From a virus (lineage: Duplodnaviria > Heunggongvirae > Uroviricota > Caudoviricetes): 64,000 bases of DNA. The position numbers and the translations under genes were made by a program. The notes under the pieces were generated by a model. It was not told the origin of the DNA. It made no database searches and saw nothing but the letters and a program-made list of their open reading frames with translations. Shown here piece by piece: positions 53,714 through 63,122 of the stretch; the stretch's first letter is position 1, and each line of letters starts with the position of its first letter. The stretch is taken from the IMG/VR virus record IMGVR_UViG_3300038450_000150, one strand, 5' to 3'.

Positions 53714-54606
53714 GATGGGATAAAATAGCACCAAAGACAACTTCCGAGTTGCTAGGAAATCCCAAGGCTCACGAGTCATTGATGAGATACGTTAAGGAAC
53801 GTACTGCTGTATGTTTAGTCGGTGATCCAGGCTCAGGAAAGACTACCGCAGCATATGTGGTGGCTCGTGAGTTAGGTTTGAATGTGATGGAGCTCAATGC
53901 TTCTGACGAGAGAACAAAGGAATCTTCCCTTCCAGAGTTTGTTGAACTCTGCCAACAAGTACCAATGACAGGAGAAGGACTTCTTTTCCTGTTAGATGAG
54001 GTAGATGGTATGGGTTCGGTTGATGGTAAGGGAGCCTGGGAGTATGTCAAAGATATTTTGAAGTACTCCAAACACGCTGTTGTGTTGACTTGTAATGATG
54101 ATTATAAAATTCCTGCTACAGTGAAAGGTTTACTTGTAACTGTTAAGTTGATAAAACCCAATGTAAAAACTGTTGAAAAATATGCTGCTAAAATTGCAAA
54201 GGAAAATTTGCGTACAACTGCACCTACAACTGATGAATTGACATCTGACTTTAGAAATGCTATTAATGTTGCACTATTTGGTGGAGAACCCTACAAAGAA
54301 CAGAATACATACACATTGACACACAAGTTCTTCGTTGAAGGGGATGTGGAGAGGATTGATGATGTTCCTCTACCTTTCCTCTTTGACAATGCCCCAAACT
54401 ATCTAAAGGGGTGGGACTTGTTCCAGTTTTACAGAGTACTCAGAATATCAGCTATTAGCAATCAAACTGGAGCACTGTCCTTATCCCCCAGAGGTTCTGG
54501 GACATATGCCAGATTCCCTGGCTATATGAGAATGCGATCTAGTCGCAAGAAGGGTGAGGATGATGTCGAATCAACAACAACAGACGAAAACGGGCAGAAG
54601 AGTTGA
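53710..54606 (+). CDS. rfcL: RFC large-subunit-like AAA+ clamp-loader protein
   Basis: Walker A GDPGSGKTT. LNASDERT box. Walker B LLDEVDGM. 298 aa. Confidence 0.6.
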   Translation: MRWDKIAPKTTSELLGNPKAHESLMRYVKERTAVCLVGDPGSGKTTAAYVVARELGLNVMELNASDERTKESSLPEFVELCQQVPMTGEGLLFLLDEVDGMGSVDGKGAWEYVKDILKYSKHAVVLTCNDDYKIPATVKGLLVTVKLIKPNVKTVEKYAAKIAKENLRTTAPTTDELTSDFRNAINVALFGGEPYKEQNTYTLTHKFFVEGDVERIDDVPLPFLFDNAPNYLKGWDLFQFYRVLRISAISNQTGALSLSPRGSGTYARFPGYMRMRSSRKKGEDDVESTTTDENGQKS

Positions 54607-56047
54607 ACTAACTTCTTCTGGTTTGGTTAGAGAACTAACCGAGTTTATGCTAGATGGGGTAAACACCCATCCAGATTGGGTAGAAAGTTTGGCAGTAGCT
54701 TTAGTTGGTATGTTGGCTGGAAAGAACAGGTATATGGTCAACAACCTTGGAAAGGTCAGGGCTAATCTATTCTTCATTATAGTTGGGGCTAGTGGACTCA
54801 GTATGAAGTCTGTGCCACTTATGAAGGTGGCTAGACCTATTCTGAAGAAACTTACTAAGGCTGTAAATGATGACGTACTGAAAGATGCTGGAATCAAGGA
54901 AGAGGAATTCCTAGCACGTAAGATGGCCAACAACAAGGCAGATGCTAAGGAGAGAGGAAAGGACGAGTGGAAAAAGGAGAAGGCTTGGCTTGATGAGTTG
55001 GAGAAAAGTATGGTTGATTTTGTCACACCTACCAGCTTCACGTCAGAACTTCTCACAACATTCCTGAGCAAGCACCCACAGGGTTTAATCTGTGGTGACG
55101 AGTACACCAAGATGTTCAAGGGAACTTTGAAGAAAGATTACCTTACAGACAATATGGAAGATCTCAGTCGAATGTATGACTGTGATATGGAGAAGAAGGG
55201 TACTCAGACTAGGGGAATCGAGAACCCAGAGGATGCCTATGTTAGCTTTACTTCCGCTACTACATATTATCTTCTGACAATAATGACCGATGACTTTTTC
55301 CTACAGGGAACAGGTAATCGGATACTCTGGATTCTTGATGAGGAACTTTATCCTATGGATATCGAGAAGGAAGAGGGTAAGTTCTTCTGGGACTTGAACA
55401 GGGAAACAGAGTTCAACAACAAGATGGATGAACTGGTAATCAAGCTAATGAATGTTAGGTATCTCCCAGAAGGAATCATAATGCCTAACTATGCTGCTGG
55501 AATCATGCTGGATAGATATAGGATAGAGATGTATAATGAGGCTGTAAAGAAGTTCAATGAGGATATTCTGAATAAGGATGCTAACCTAATTTCCAGACTT
55601 GCACAGAACTCTATGAAGTTGGCTTTGGCACATGCTATTGGTAGATATGCTGTAGATGACCGTGGAACATATCACGATGTTACACAACTTGAGATTGTAG
55701 AAGAGGATGCTAAATGGGCAATTGAAAAGACCAGAAAACACTATGAATACTATAAGAGAATGTGGGAAGTTGCTTCAACAATTAAGATTGGTACTATGAA
55801 GAATTACAAGGCTGACCAAGAACGTGTACTATTCATAATGGATAAGATAGAGAGTCAGGGAAAGCATATGACAACAGCCAATCTCAGAAAACACACTGGT
55901 TGGGATAAGGCAGAATGTCAGAAGTTGCTGGATACTATGGTTTCGAATGGTCAGTTAAAGTACCTTGAAGGACTGTCTGGTATTCATAAATATGGATATT
56001 ATACACACAGTACTGAAGAGGATCCTCAAGATCAAAAGACTGTGTGA
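54554..56047 (+). CDS. hypothetical protein (497 aa) with degenerate P-loop-like and DE motifs
   Basis: IVGASGLSMKS and LICGDEY. No firm family assignment. Confidence 0.45.
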   Translation: MRMMSNQQQQTKTGRRVELTSSGLVRELTEFMLDGVNTHPDWVESLAVALVGMLAGKNRYMVNNLGKVRANLFFIIVGASGLSMKSVPLMKVARPILKKLTKAVNDDVLKDAGIKEEEFLARKMANNKADAKERGKDEWKKEKAWLDELEKSMVDFVTPTSFTSELLTTFLSKHPQGLICGDEYTKMFKGTLKKDYLTDNMEDLSRMYDCDMEKKGTQTRGIENPEDAYVSFTSATTYYLLTIMTDDFFLQGTGNRILWILDEELYPMDIEKEEGKFFWDLNRETEFNNKMDELVIKLMNVRYLPEGIIMPNYAAGIMLDRYRIEMYNEAVKKFNEDILNKDANLISRLAQNSMKLALAHAIGRYAVDDRGTYHDVTQLEIVEEDAKWAIEKTRKHYEYYKRMWEVASTIKIGTMKNYKADQERVLFIMDKIESQGKHMTTANLRKHTGWDKAECQKLLDTMVSNGQLKYLEGLSGIHKYGYYTHSTEEDPQDQKTV

Positions 56048-56082
56048 TATGAGCTTTGATTATAATATATATTGGATTATAA

Positions 56083-56125
56083 AGAGCGAAAGATCGCTCT
56101 TCGCTTTTATCGCTTTTCGCTTTTC
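56083..56125. terminator. hairpin plus T-rich TCGCTTTT direct repeats at a convergent junction
   Basis: agagcgaaagatcgctct perfect inverted repeat followed by tcgctttta tcgctttt cgctttt catttt. Confidence 0.45.
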
Positions 56126-56660
56126 ATTTTCTAAGAAGGCTATATCCTTCATATAACTTTGGATATAATTTATAATCATAGATTAGAACTGCTGGATGTA
56201 ATAATGGTAAAATAACTCGTCCTTCCCAGAAGAAGGCATTACCGTGTTCCATTGAGATTGATGCTCCTGGCTTGAAGAATTGAAGGGCAGAATTTCCAAG
56301 AGGTGCGATCTTCTGAGGGTTGACCATATTTATTTCCATCCGAAGATAAGGAGAACAAGTTTGAATTTCTATTGGAACAGGTGCTCGATTCTTGTTACCA
56401 TCTGTCGGTCTGCATTTAACAATGTTTGTTATAAAAAGATCAGACCTTTTTATGCCTATATCCTTTAGAAGTCTATCAAGCATCTGTCCAGCTTTACCAA
56501 CAAATGGCAGTCCCTGAAGATCCTCATCTTTTCCAGGTGCTTCACCAACAAGCATTGTTTTTGCTTGAGGGTTCCCAACTCCTATACAAACGTGATGTCT
56601 GTGAATTTTGATATCAGTTGGACATCTTTTGCAGTCTATCTCGATACCGTTGATAGACAT
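56124..56660 (-). CDS. udg: uracil-DNA glycosylase family 4 (Fe-S type)
   Basis: GEAPGKDEDLQGLPFVGKAGQMLDRLL matches the family-4 UDG motif. Cys residues for a 4Fe-4S cluster. Confidence 0.8.
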   Translation of the reverse strand: MSINGIEIDCKRCPTDIKIHRHHVCIGVGNPQAKTMLVGEAPGKDEDLQGLPFVGKAGQMLDRLLKDIGIKRSDLFITNIVKCRPTDGNKNRAPVPIEIQTCSPYLRMEINMVNPQKIAPLGNSALQFFKPGASISMEHGNAFFWEGRVILPLLHPAVLIYDYKLYPKLYEGYSLLRK

Positions 56661-56905
56661 TTTCTAGTCCTCTTCTCGGTATCTATCTCCTTTCTTGTCT
56701 TTATGGCTAATTCGACTGCACACTCTTCACAATATAGTTTTCTCAAACCGTGGCTAACTTTGCTTATTGCATAGTCACCCTGTTTGAATGTGACCATATT
56801 TGTGCAATTTGGGTTGGCGCATTTTAACACTTCTTCACCACCCTTCAGACCTATTCTCTTTGCCGTGATATAAATTACTACAGTGTTCTTACCCATCAGT
56901 ATCAT
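56636..56905 (-). CDS. Zn-ribbon protein (89 aa)
   Basis: CANPNC...CEEC. Confidence 0.3.
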   Translation of the reverse strand: MILMGKNTVVIYITAKRIGLKGGEEVLKCANPNCTNMVTFKQGDYAISKVSHGLRKLYCEECAVELAIKTRKEIDTEKRTRKCLSTVSR

Positions 56906-57158
56906 CTCCGATTTGGACTTGGTTTGTTTCCAGTGGAGTCCAATTGAACACTGGTGCTGTTTGCATATTAAAGCCTATGCCTTTTTCGTAAATATACCAT
57001 AGCGGAATGTCAGCCCACACCGCCTTCTCCGAAACCTTGGCCACCCACTCATCTACATCTTCCTTGCTTAAAAGGAAGTAGGTATAGGGATGATGCTTGA
57101 TTCTGACTTCAACAATCATACAGAGATTTGCTATCCTACCACGAGCAAATTCTTTCAA
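56889..57158 (-). CDS. hypothetical protein (89 aa)
   Basis: ORF. Confidence 0.3.
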   Translation of the reverse strand: MKEFARGRIANLCMIVEVRIKHHPYTYFLLSKEDVDEWVAKVSEKAVWADIPLWYIYEKGIGFNMQTAPVFNWTPLETNQVQIGDDTDG

Positions 57159-57200
57159 TCCAAACCATCCAGCCTTGTTGAGATGTGTATTTCCTACTTT

Positions 57201-57473
57201 TCAAATCTTCATACCTTTTACATTTTTATCTACACTGAAAGGTAGCATTGTTTTAACTTCTATAACCATCCTTCCAAGAGAAGTTACCAGATATATATCT
57301 GGGTGTCCACCCTGACCAGTTGTGGTTTGAATGGAATCTTCACCAAAGTAATGAGCCAGAATCATTTTGACATTCTCCTCACCTTGGTTTCCAATTTCCT
57401 CTCGCTCATCCCTTCCGTACATACCATTCATCTCTTGTAAACATTGTAAAACTGTAACCGAAGTCACAATCAT
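57201..57473 (-). CDS. small PD-(D/E)XK nuclease-like protein (90 aa)
   Basis: GGHPDIYLV...MVIEVKT fits the PD...E-x-K arrangement of Hjc/VRR-NUC-like nucleases. Confidence 0.35.
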   Translation of the reverse strand: MIVTSVTVLQCLQEMNGMYGRDEREEIGNQGEENVKMILAHYFGEDSIQTTTGQGGHPDIYLVTSLGRMVIEVKTMLPFSVDKNVKGMKI

Positions 57474-57747
57474 AGTATTGAATCATATAGTCGTGTTCTT
57501 TGGCGTATTGATTGATCCAGCTCCTAAGAGGAACAAAATGTACAGGTTTGACTCCTTGGTAGTATTCAAACCATTTCTTGAATCCTTCGCTACATTTCTT
57601 CTTAGTGTTTAGGTAGTTCTTACCAATAAGAAAAGTAAAATATTCACCTATATGATGTGTTGATAATCTCCTATCTGACCTATTAATTAAATCCAGCCAT
57701 TTGTTGAGATTATTATGATCTGGAACATAGAGTTGCAACATTATCAC
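57406..57747 (-). CDS. hypothetical protein (113 aa)
   Basis: ORF overlapping the 57201-57473 frame at its 3' end. Confidence 0.3.
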   Translation of the reverse strand: MIMLQLYVPDHNNLNKWLDLINRSDRRLSTHHIGEYFTFLIGKNYLNTKKKCSEGFKKWFEYYQGVKPVHFVPLRSWINQYAKEHDYMIQYYDCDFGYSFTMFTRDEWYVRKG

Positions 57748-57923
57748 CTATGATATACACGGATTTCTGCAAGGCTGTAGACATCGGCTTGAAAGCCTCT
57801 GAGCAAGAGCCTGTTGGGGAAACTGATGTAAAGCCAACAGGGAGACCAGGGGAAGAACTAACCCTACTCTACAGAAGAGTATGCCCATTTCGGATGTCCC
57901 TTGCCTCTTACAGTCCGTAATTA

Positions 57924-58475
57924 TCACACCTGTTGTTGTGTCTCTTTTGGCTTGTTTTTACTACCTTTTGGTCTGCCACCGCCTCTCTTTTTCTGAACTG
58001 GAGATACTACTTGTTCTTGTTCCTGTGGCTGTTCTTGTTCCTGTTCCTCTGGTTGTGTCTGTTTCTCTGGTGGTGTTTGATGAGTACTCACGAATATTGG
58101 CTTTTTTCCTTTTCTCTTCAAGGCACTTGGAATCTTGAGCTTTTCTTGTGGTTTTTGCATTGATTGAAACTGTGGTTTCTTGTGTCTGTCTGGCTTACTT
58201 AACCTAACATATGCGTCCCAATATGTCCAAGTTGAGACAATTGTAATTAGCACAAATAAGATGAATGTTCCAATAACTGTAGCATCTCTATTTTGATAAA
58301 TGAAATCAAGACCAGATATTGGTTCCATCTTATCTAAGGCAAAGTAAACCATAACAAAGAATGTCCAACTAAAGAACACTGCAAATAGGTTTATCAGGAA
58401 TAGTATCCCTTGGCTACCAACTAGGCTTCTAAGTGCCTTAGAAAACCAAGTTGTGAACTTTTCTCTTTGCATCAT
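57924..58475 (-). CDS. polytopic membrane protein with basic C-terminal tail containing an AT-hook-like GRPKG motif
   Basis: Three N-terminal TM helices. Tail ...PEEQEQEQPQEQEQVVSPVQKKRGGGRPKGSKNKPK. Confidence 0.45.
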   Translation of the reverse strand: MMQREKFTTWFSKALRSLVGSQGILFLINLFAVFFSWTFFVMVYFALDKMEPISGLDFIYQNRDATVIGTFILFVLITIVSTWTYWDAYVRLSKPDRHKKPQFQSMQKPQEKLKIPSALKRKGKKPIFVSTHQTPPEKQTQPEEQEQEQPQEQEQVVSPVQKKRGGGRPKGSKNKPKETQQQV

Positions 58476-58518
58476 TAATACACTCTCTTCATTTGGTCGC
58501 TTATACTATGTCTATGCG

Positions 58519-58538
58519 TTTATAAATATTGTGGTTGG
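58519..58538 (-). promoter_or_regulatory. BRE/TATA-like promoter motif
   Basis: tttataaatattgtggttgg upstream of 57924-58475. Confidence 0.5.
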
Positions 58539-58595
58539 GTATCTATACAATAAACGAACACTATATGATAATTCTATTTATATTATACCACATAT

Positions 58596-60872
58596 ATGTG
58601 TGTAACGAGCGCATTGTCTAGTAAATATCTCCACTTACTAGTTATACTTATAATTTTAATACCGATGATACCAAAGGCAAACGCAAGTTTATCCAAACCA
58701 TATATTGATGGTATGACAATTGAAAATATTAATGGAGAACCATTGAATCTATATGGGGTGAATATACGTGACAACTACCAAGAAAAGGACATTAAATGGC
58801 TATCAGATAATGGGTATAATGCAATAAGAGTCACAATTCTATGGCAAACAATCGAGCCAACAGAAGGTGTACTGGATTGGAGTGGGTTAGACAACACAGT
58901 ACAATGGGCTGAAAAATATCACATTTATGTACAGTTAGATTTTCACCAGTGGCAATATAGTAATTATTTTCATTGGGACAGTATGGGAACAGGTTGTGGA
59001 TTTCCAGCTTGGATTGTTAGTGCTGGAGGATACACAAACGATGAGGCTGGACAGCAAGCCTTCTCAGATGATTTTTTCCTCAAACGTGGTTATGGTGCAG
59101 TAGTCTGGGATAAATATGAAAACTTCATATTGCAAATTGTCACCAGATATAAAGATTATCAAAATGTGTGGGCATATGAACCAATTAATGAACCAATGGT
59201 TGGTTCACCACATATTGATGATGCAAGAGTTGCCTGTAATGCTAGATATACAGAATTGATACAGGCAATCAGAGCAATCGACCCTGAAACGATAATTGTG
59301 TTACATTATATTGATTCTGGTTTCAATCAAAAACAGGATTTTCCAAACATTGCCTGGACAAAGAGTGCATATAGTGAATATGGTGTTGGAACAACAAAAT
59401 CTCAGATTGATAAATATCTAACAAACCGTGAAGCAGAGTTCAATATTGTAATGGATGTTCCTTGGATAATTAGTGAAACTGGGTCGATGCCAGCTATGAA
59501 AGATTCGGCTGAGTATTTCCTAACAACATTATTGACTGACTACAAATCAATGTTAAACAATGGTCAATCTGTTTGGTATATCTGGGATTATGGATATGGT
59601 ATAACTGGTGGTTATGTAAGCCCAAGAAATGCAGACGGCAGTGATAGTTGGATACAGCCAATACTAGCTAATATTATTAATTCAATTACTCCACCAAAAA
59701 CAATAACACAAGTAGACACATCATCTTGGACAGGATTTGCAATGTCTGTCGAGAATCGTGAAAACTTGGATATGTGGACTTCTGCTTTAGACAAAGGCTC
59801 AAAATGGGGATTTACTGTAATTCGTGTACCATTTCTATTTCCAATAGACTATGCTAATATGGATCAGATACTTGCCCTTATTGACCAGCACGGTGCAAAG
59901 GCAATTTTAGATTTCCATTGTTTGGTTCAATATCCAGCAGCAAATAAGATTGGCACTGTTGGATTCATATCAGATTGGGTGGAAGTAGTCAACCATTATA
60001 AGAATGACACTAGAGTTCTTGGCTGGGAAATTGCCAATGAACCTGATCCAACACAATGGGATACATCAATAGTTACTTCTTATGATCATATCAAAGCATT
60101 AACAGATGTTGTTGATGCTATCAGAGCAATCGATCCAAGTAGAGTGATCATTTGGCCACCATCTTCTTTTTGGGGAGATACTAACATCCCACAAGGACTT
60201 ATACGGGATAATATTGTTCTTTCAACACATCCATATAGTTACGGTGATAAGAGTACTTGGGCAGAATTAAAAGTAATAGCAGACTACAGAATATCACAAA
60301 TTGCAAAATATGAAAACCAATTTAGTGGTGTTTGGGTTGGTGAAATTGAATGCCATCCAGGTGGAGCAACTAATCCAGAATTGGAAAAACAATATGTTGT
60401 CTATATGTTGAGTTGGTCACTCAGTAATGGACACGGATTTAATTATTGGAAATATGGAAATACATATGATGATGGTGGACAAAATCCAGATGAAATCATT
60501 AGTTTAGCATATGCAGATTCTGGAATATCATTACCCGTCACAACAACTGCCATATCAACAGTTTCTATGATAACAACGACTGTAGAAGAAACATATACAA
60601 AAGAGCCAATTGTTACTTCCAAAATATCACAAAGAAATAATTTGAATCAGAATAATCAAAATAATGCCCCTGTAGATTCTCCACCTGTAGATCCACCATT
60701 AGATACTAGTATTGGTGCTATGGGACAGATTATAGAATTTGTGATTATTGCATTTGGAATATCATTTTTGATAGCAATAGTCAATGGTGGAACAATAGAA
60801 GGAAGAAGTTTGATTGGAATGGTAATTGGACTTACAATAGTTATGTTTATCTTAGTTTTGATAAATAAATAA
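58596..60872 (+). CDS. secreted, C-terminally membrane-anchored protein with two tandem GH5-like (cellulase-family) domains
   Basis: Signal peptide. YEPINEP and WEIANEP (GH5 NEP acid/base motif, twice). Pro/Thr-rich linker PVDSPPVDPPLD. C-terminal TM helices. Confidence 0.65.
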   Translation: MCVTSALSSKYLHLLVILIILIPMIPKANASLSKPYIDGMTIENINGEPLNLYGVNIRDNYQEKDIKWLSDNGYNAIRVTILWQTIEPTEGVLDWSGLDNTVQWAEKYHIYVQLDFHQWQYSNYFHWDSMGTGCGFPAWIVSAGGYTNDEAGQQAFSDDFFLKRGYGAVVWDKYENFILQIVTRYKDYQNVWAYEPINEPMVGSPHIDDARVACNARYTELIQAIRAIDPETIIVLHYIDSGFNQKQDFPNIAWTKSAYSEYGVGTTKSQIDKYLTNREAEFNIVMDVPWIISETGSMPAMKDSAEYFLTTLLTDYKSMLNNGQSVWYIWDYGYGITGGYVSPRNADGSDSWIQPILANIINSITPPKTITQVDTSSWTGFAMSVENRENLDMWTSALDKGSKWGFTVIRVPFLFPIDYANMDQILALIDQHGAKAILDFHCLVQYPAANKIGTVGFISDWVEVVNHYKNDTRVLGWEIANEPDPTQWDTSIVTSYDHIKALTDVVDAIRAIDPSRVIIWPPSSFWGDTNIPQGLIRDNIVLSTHPYSYGDKSTWAELKVIADYRISQIAKYENQFSGVWVGEIECHPGGATNPELEKQYVVYMLSWSLSNGHGFNYWKYGNTYDDGGQNPDEIISLAYADSGISLPVTTTAISTVSMITTTVEETYTKEPIVTSKISQRNNLNQNNQNNAPVDSPPVDPPLDTSIGAMGQIIEFVIIAFGISFLIAIVNGGTIEGRSLIGMVIGLTIVMFILVLINK

Positions 60873-60877
60873 AAAAA

Positions 60878-61135
60878 TTAGATTTTTCCTTCTATTTCAA
60901 GTCTAATCTGCTTCGCAATTCGGACAGCTTTAGTCTTTGTTATTCCTTTTCTTTTGCGAATAAGCACCGACTGTACTTTCCAGACACCCTTAGTTGTTTT
61001 CCCAACAACAACTTCTGAACCTCTTACCTTACTGTTTGCAACTAACTTTGCCCACTCTGGTGTCCTGAACATAGTAAACTGTCCAGGTGGTCGCTGTCGA
61101 ACTCTAAAGTAGTTTGTCGTTTCTTCTACTGGCAT
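60878..61135 (-). CDS. hypothetical basic protein (85 aa)
   Basis: ORF convergent with the GH5 gene. Confidence 0.35.
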   Translation of the reverse strand: MPVEETTNYFRVRQRPPGQFTMFRTPEWAKLVANSKVRGSEVVVGKTTKGVWKVQSVLIRKRKGITKTKAVRIAKQIRLEIEGKI

Positions 61136-61267
61136 TTTTTTTCACCTCCTACATAACTGGTGGATATTTCTTAATATTCTGTCTTTGTTTCTTCTTCCAT
61201 TCTGGAAGTTTTGAGAGTTTATTTTTTGTACCGCTTGACCGTTTATCTTTTTTAACTTTCTTTCCCA

Positions 61268-61960
61268 TTAATCCTCAACCTTCTTCAATAGTTCGTAATA
61301 ATCTGGTTTTTCTTTCAAGTGCGCCCAAGCTATCTTAGCTGTAAGCACAGGATCATTGTGTGTAACATCTGTCTGTGGATCTTGGATTCCGTGTTCGTTC
61401 TCGACATTCATTCCCTGAGCGAATGTCTCTGCTGTGAACGGTGATTTAGTCCACTCAATACCAACCATTCTGCCTATCTCTCTGGCCATTTTGGAATTGT
61501 AATGTCTCTTTGTTGTGAATCTTGATTTAAACTTGTTACGCCACTTTAACTCCTCTTCATTGGCGTGAAAGTGAGCGACTTCGTATGGTTCCTTGAGATC
61601 TCTCATCCTCTTGGCTTCAACAGTTTCGTGAATTTTGAGTGCTTCGAAGTCAAAAGGTGCAAGATCATCATCTATCCAAACTTCACCCTTTGGAATGTAG
61701 CCATCTCCAGCATAGCAGTGATTACCCATAGTGAATGATATGTCAATTTTATCTCTAACGTAAGAGCCATTTACACCATAGATTTTAAATCCGTTCAGAG
61801 AACCACGATAAATCTTTCTAAGTCCAGGTGCTTCGAGATGACTTGTGGTTAGTGGTTTCTGGTGCTGTGGTTTGAATACACCACGTGCATATGAATGAAC
61901 TGTATGTCCTTCTCTATTGTATCCTCTTACAACGTGACGTTTTGGGGGTTGTCTTGCCAA
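61268..61960 (-). CDS. hypothetical protein (230 aa)
   Basis: ORF. No motif recognised. Confidence 0.4.
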   Translation of the reverse strand: MARQPPKRHVVRGYNREGHTVHSYARGVFKPQHQKPLTTSHLEAPGLRKIYRGSLNGFKIYGVNGSYVRDKIDISFTMGNHCYAGDGYIPKGEVWIDDDLAPFDFEALKIHETVEAKRMRDLKEPYEVAHFHANEEELKWRNKFKSRFTTKRHYNSKMAREIGRMVGIEWTKSPFTAETFAQGMNVENEHGIQDPQTDVTHNDPVLTAKIAWAHLKEKPDYYELLKKVED

Positions 61961-62186
61961 GCTGAAACACCTTAGTGTATGATAATTCCCTCCTTAGAAT
62001 AAAAAAGTTATGATAAATATTTAATACTCGATTATATATGATTATAATGACTTGGGCAAGAAAAGAAAGGCTGAGAACAATTATACAACTGTGCGTGTCA
62101 GTAAAGATTTTGTTGATAAGGTTGCCAAGCTCAGAATCACAGAATCTTTTGAGGATACGCTTAGAAGGATTCTTAACTGGGAACCT

Positions 62187-63122
62187 CTAAAAAAACAGTC
62201 CTCTGAGGTATCCGATAGCAAGTGATAATTGCATTATTGTAAATGCAACGGTTTCTTCTGGTAGCAACTCTAGAATAAGAATGTATGATGAAATTCCTAT
62301 TATTCCTAGTGCTGGGAACATATAGAAGATAATTGGAGCAAGAATTAACAGTAAAATTAAAGCAATCGAAGGTATTGCCCTAGATAACTTGAAGATATGC
62401 TTGACTCTGAGTAGTCTACCCCAGCTCCAACCATACCCATTCATTTGTTTTTGGAATGCCTTGTATGTCACTCTTTCCTTGTGAACAACTGGAACGGCTG
62501 GTACACCAAGCAAACAATATCCTGCATTTCTGAGTCTATTGTTGAGCTCCCAATCCTCACATCCACCAATTTCCTCTGAGAATCCACCAACTTTTCGGAT
62601 TGCATCTGCTTTGTAGACAGCATTGTAGCCAGGAACACTGTTGACATAGACGGTGTTTGTGTACTTCCTAGAATGGTTTGATGCTATTTTCATAACATTG
62701 CTTTTTGCTCTGGAAAGACTTGTTGATGTGTCTGGTTCACAGCCAGATGTTATGGCTGCAACTGGAATGAATTGTGTGGTTTTTGGGTCAACAACTGGAG
62801 ATCTATAAATTTCCATTAAGTTCTCCATTTCTTCAGCCCAAGTCTCTGGGATTACTGTATCACTATCTAGGAACCCAACGAACTCAGATGTTACGTGTCT
62901 CAAACCTTCATTACAGGCCACTGCTCTTTTGCTACCTTTGAAATTTGTTTTTGGCTCTTCTAGGATAGTACAACCAAAGGCTTTTGCTATATCTTTTGTC
63001 TCATCTGATGAGTTGGCATCTACGATAATGACATGCACTGGATTGGTTTGTTTTGAGAGGGATAATAGACAGGGTTCTAACACAGGAGCACTGTTTCGAG
63101 TGGGAATTATAACATCCATCAA
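62187..63122 (-). CDS. family 2 glycosyltransferase with C-terminal TM segments
   Basis: IIPTRNSAPVLEPCLLSL...VIIVDANSSDET and DSD (GT-A fold, DxD). Hydrophobic C-terminus. Confidence 0.75.
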   Translation of the reverse strand: MMDVIIPTRNSAPVLEPCLLSLSKQTNPVHVIIVDANSSDETKDIAKAFGCTILEEPKTNFKGSKRAVACNEGLRHVTSEFVGFLDSDTVIPETWAEEMENLMEIYRSPVVDPKTTQFIPVAAITSGCEPDTSTSLSRAKSNVMKIASNHSRKYTNTVYVNSVPGYNAVYKADAIRKVGGFSEEIGGCEDWELNNRLRNAGYCLLGVPAVPVVHKERVTYKAFQKQMNGYGWSWGRLLRVKHIFKLSRAIPSIALILLLILAPIIFYMFPALGIIGISSYILILELLPEETVAFTIMQLSLAIGYLRGLFF

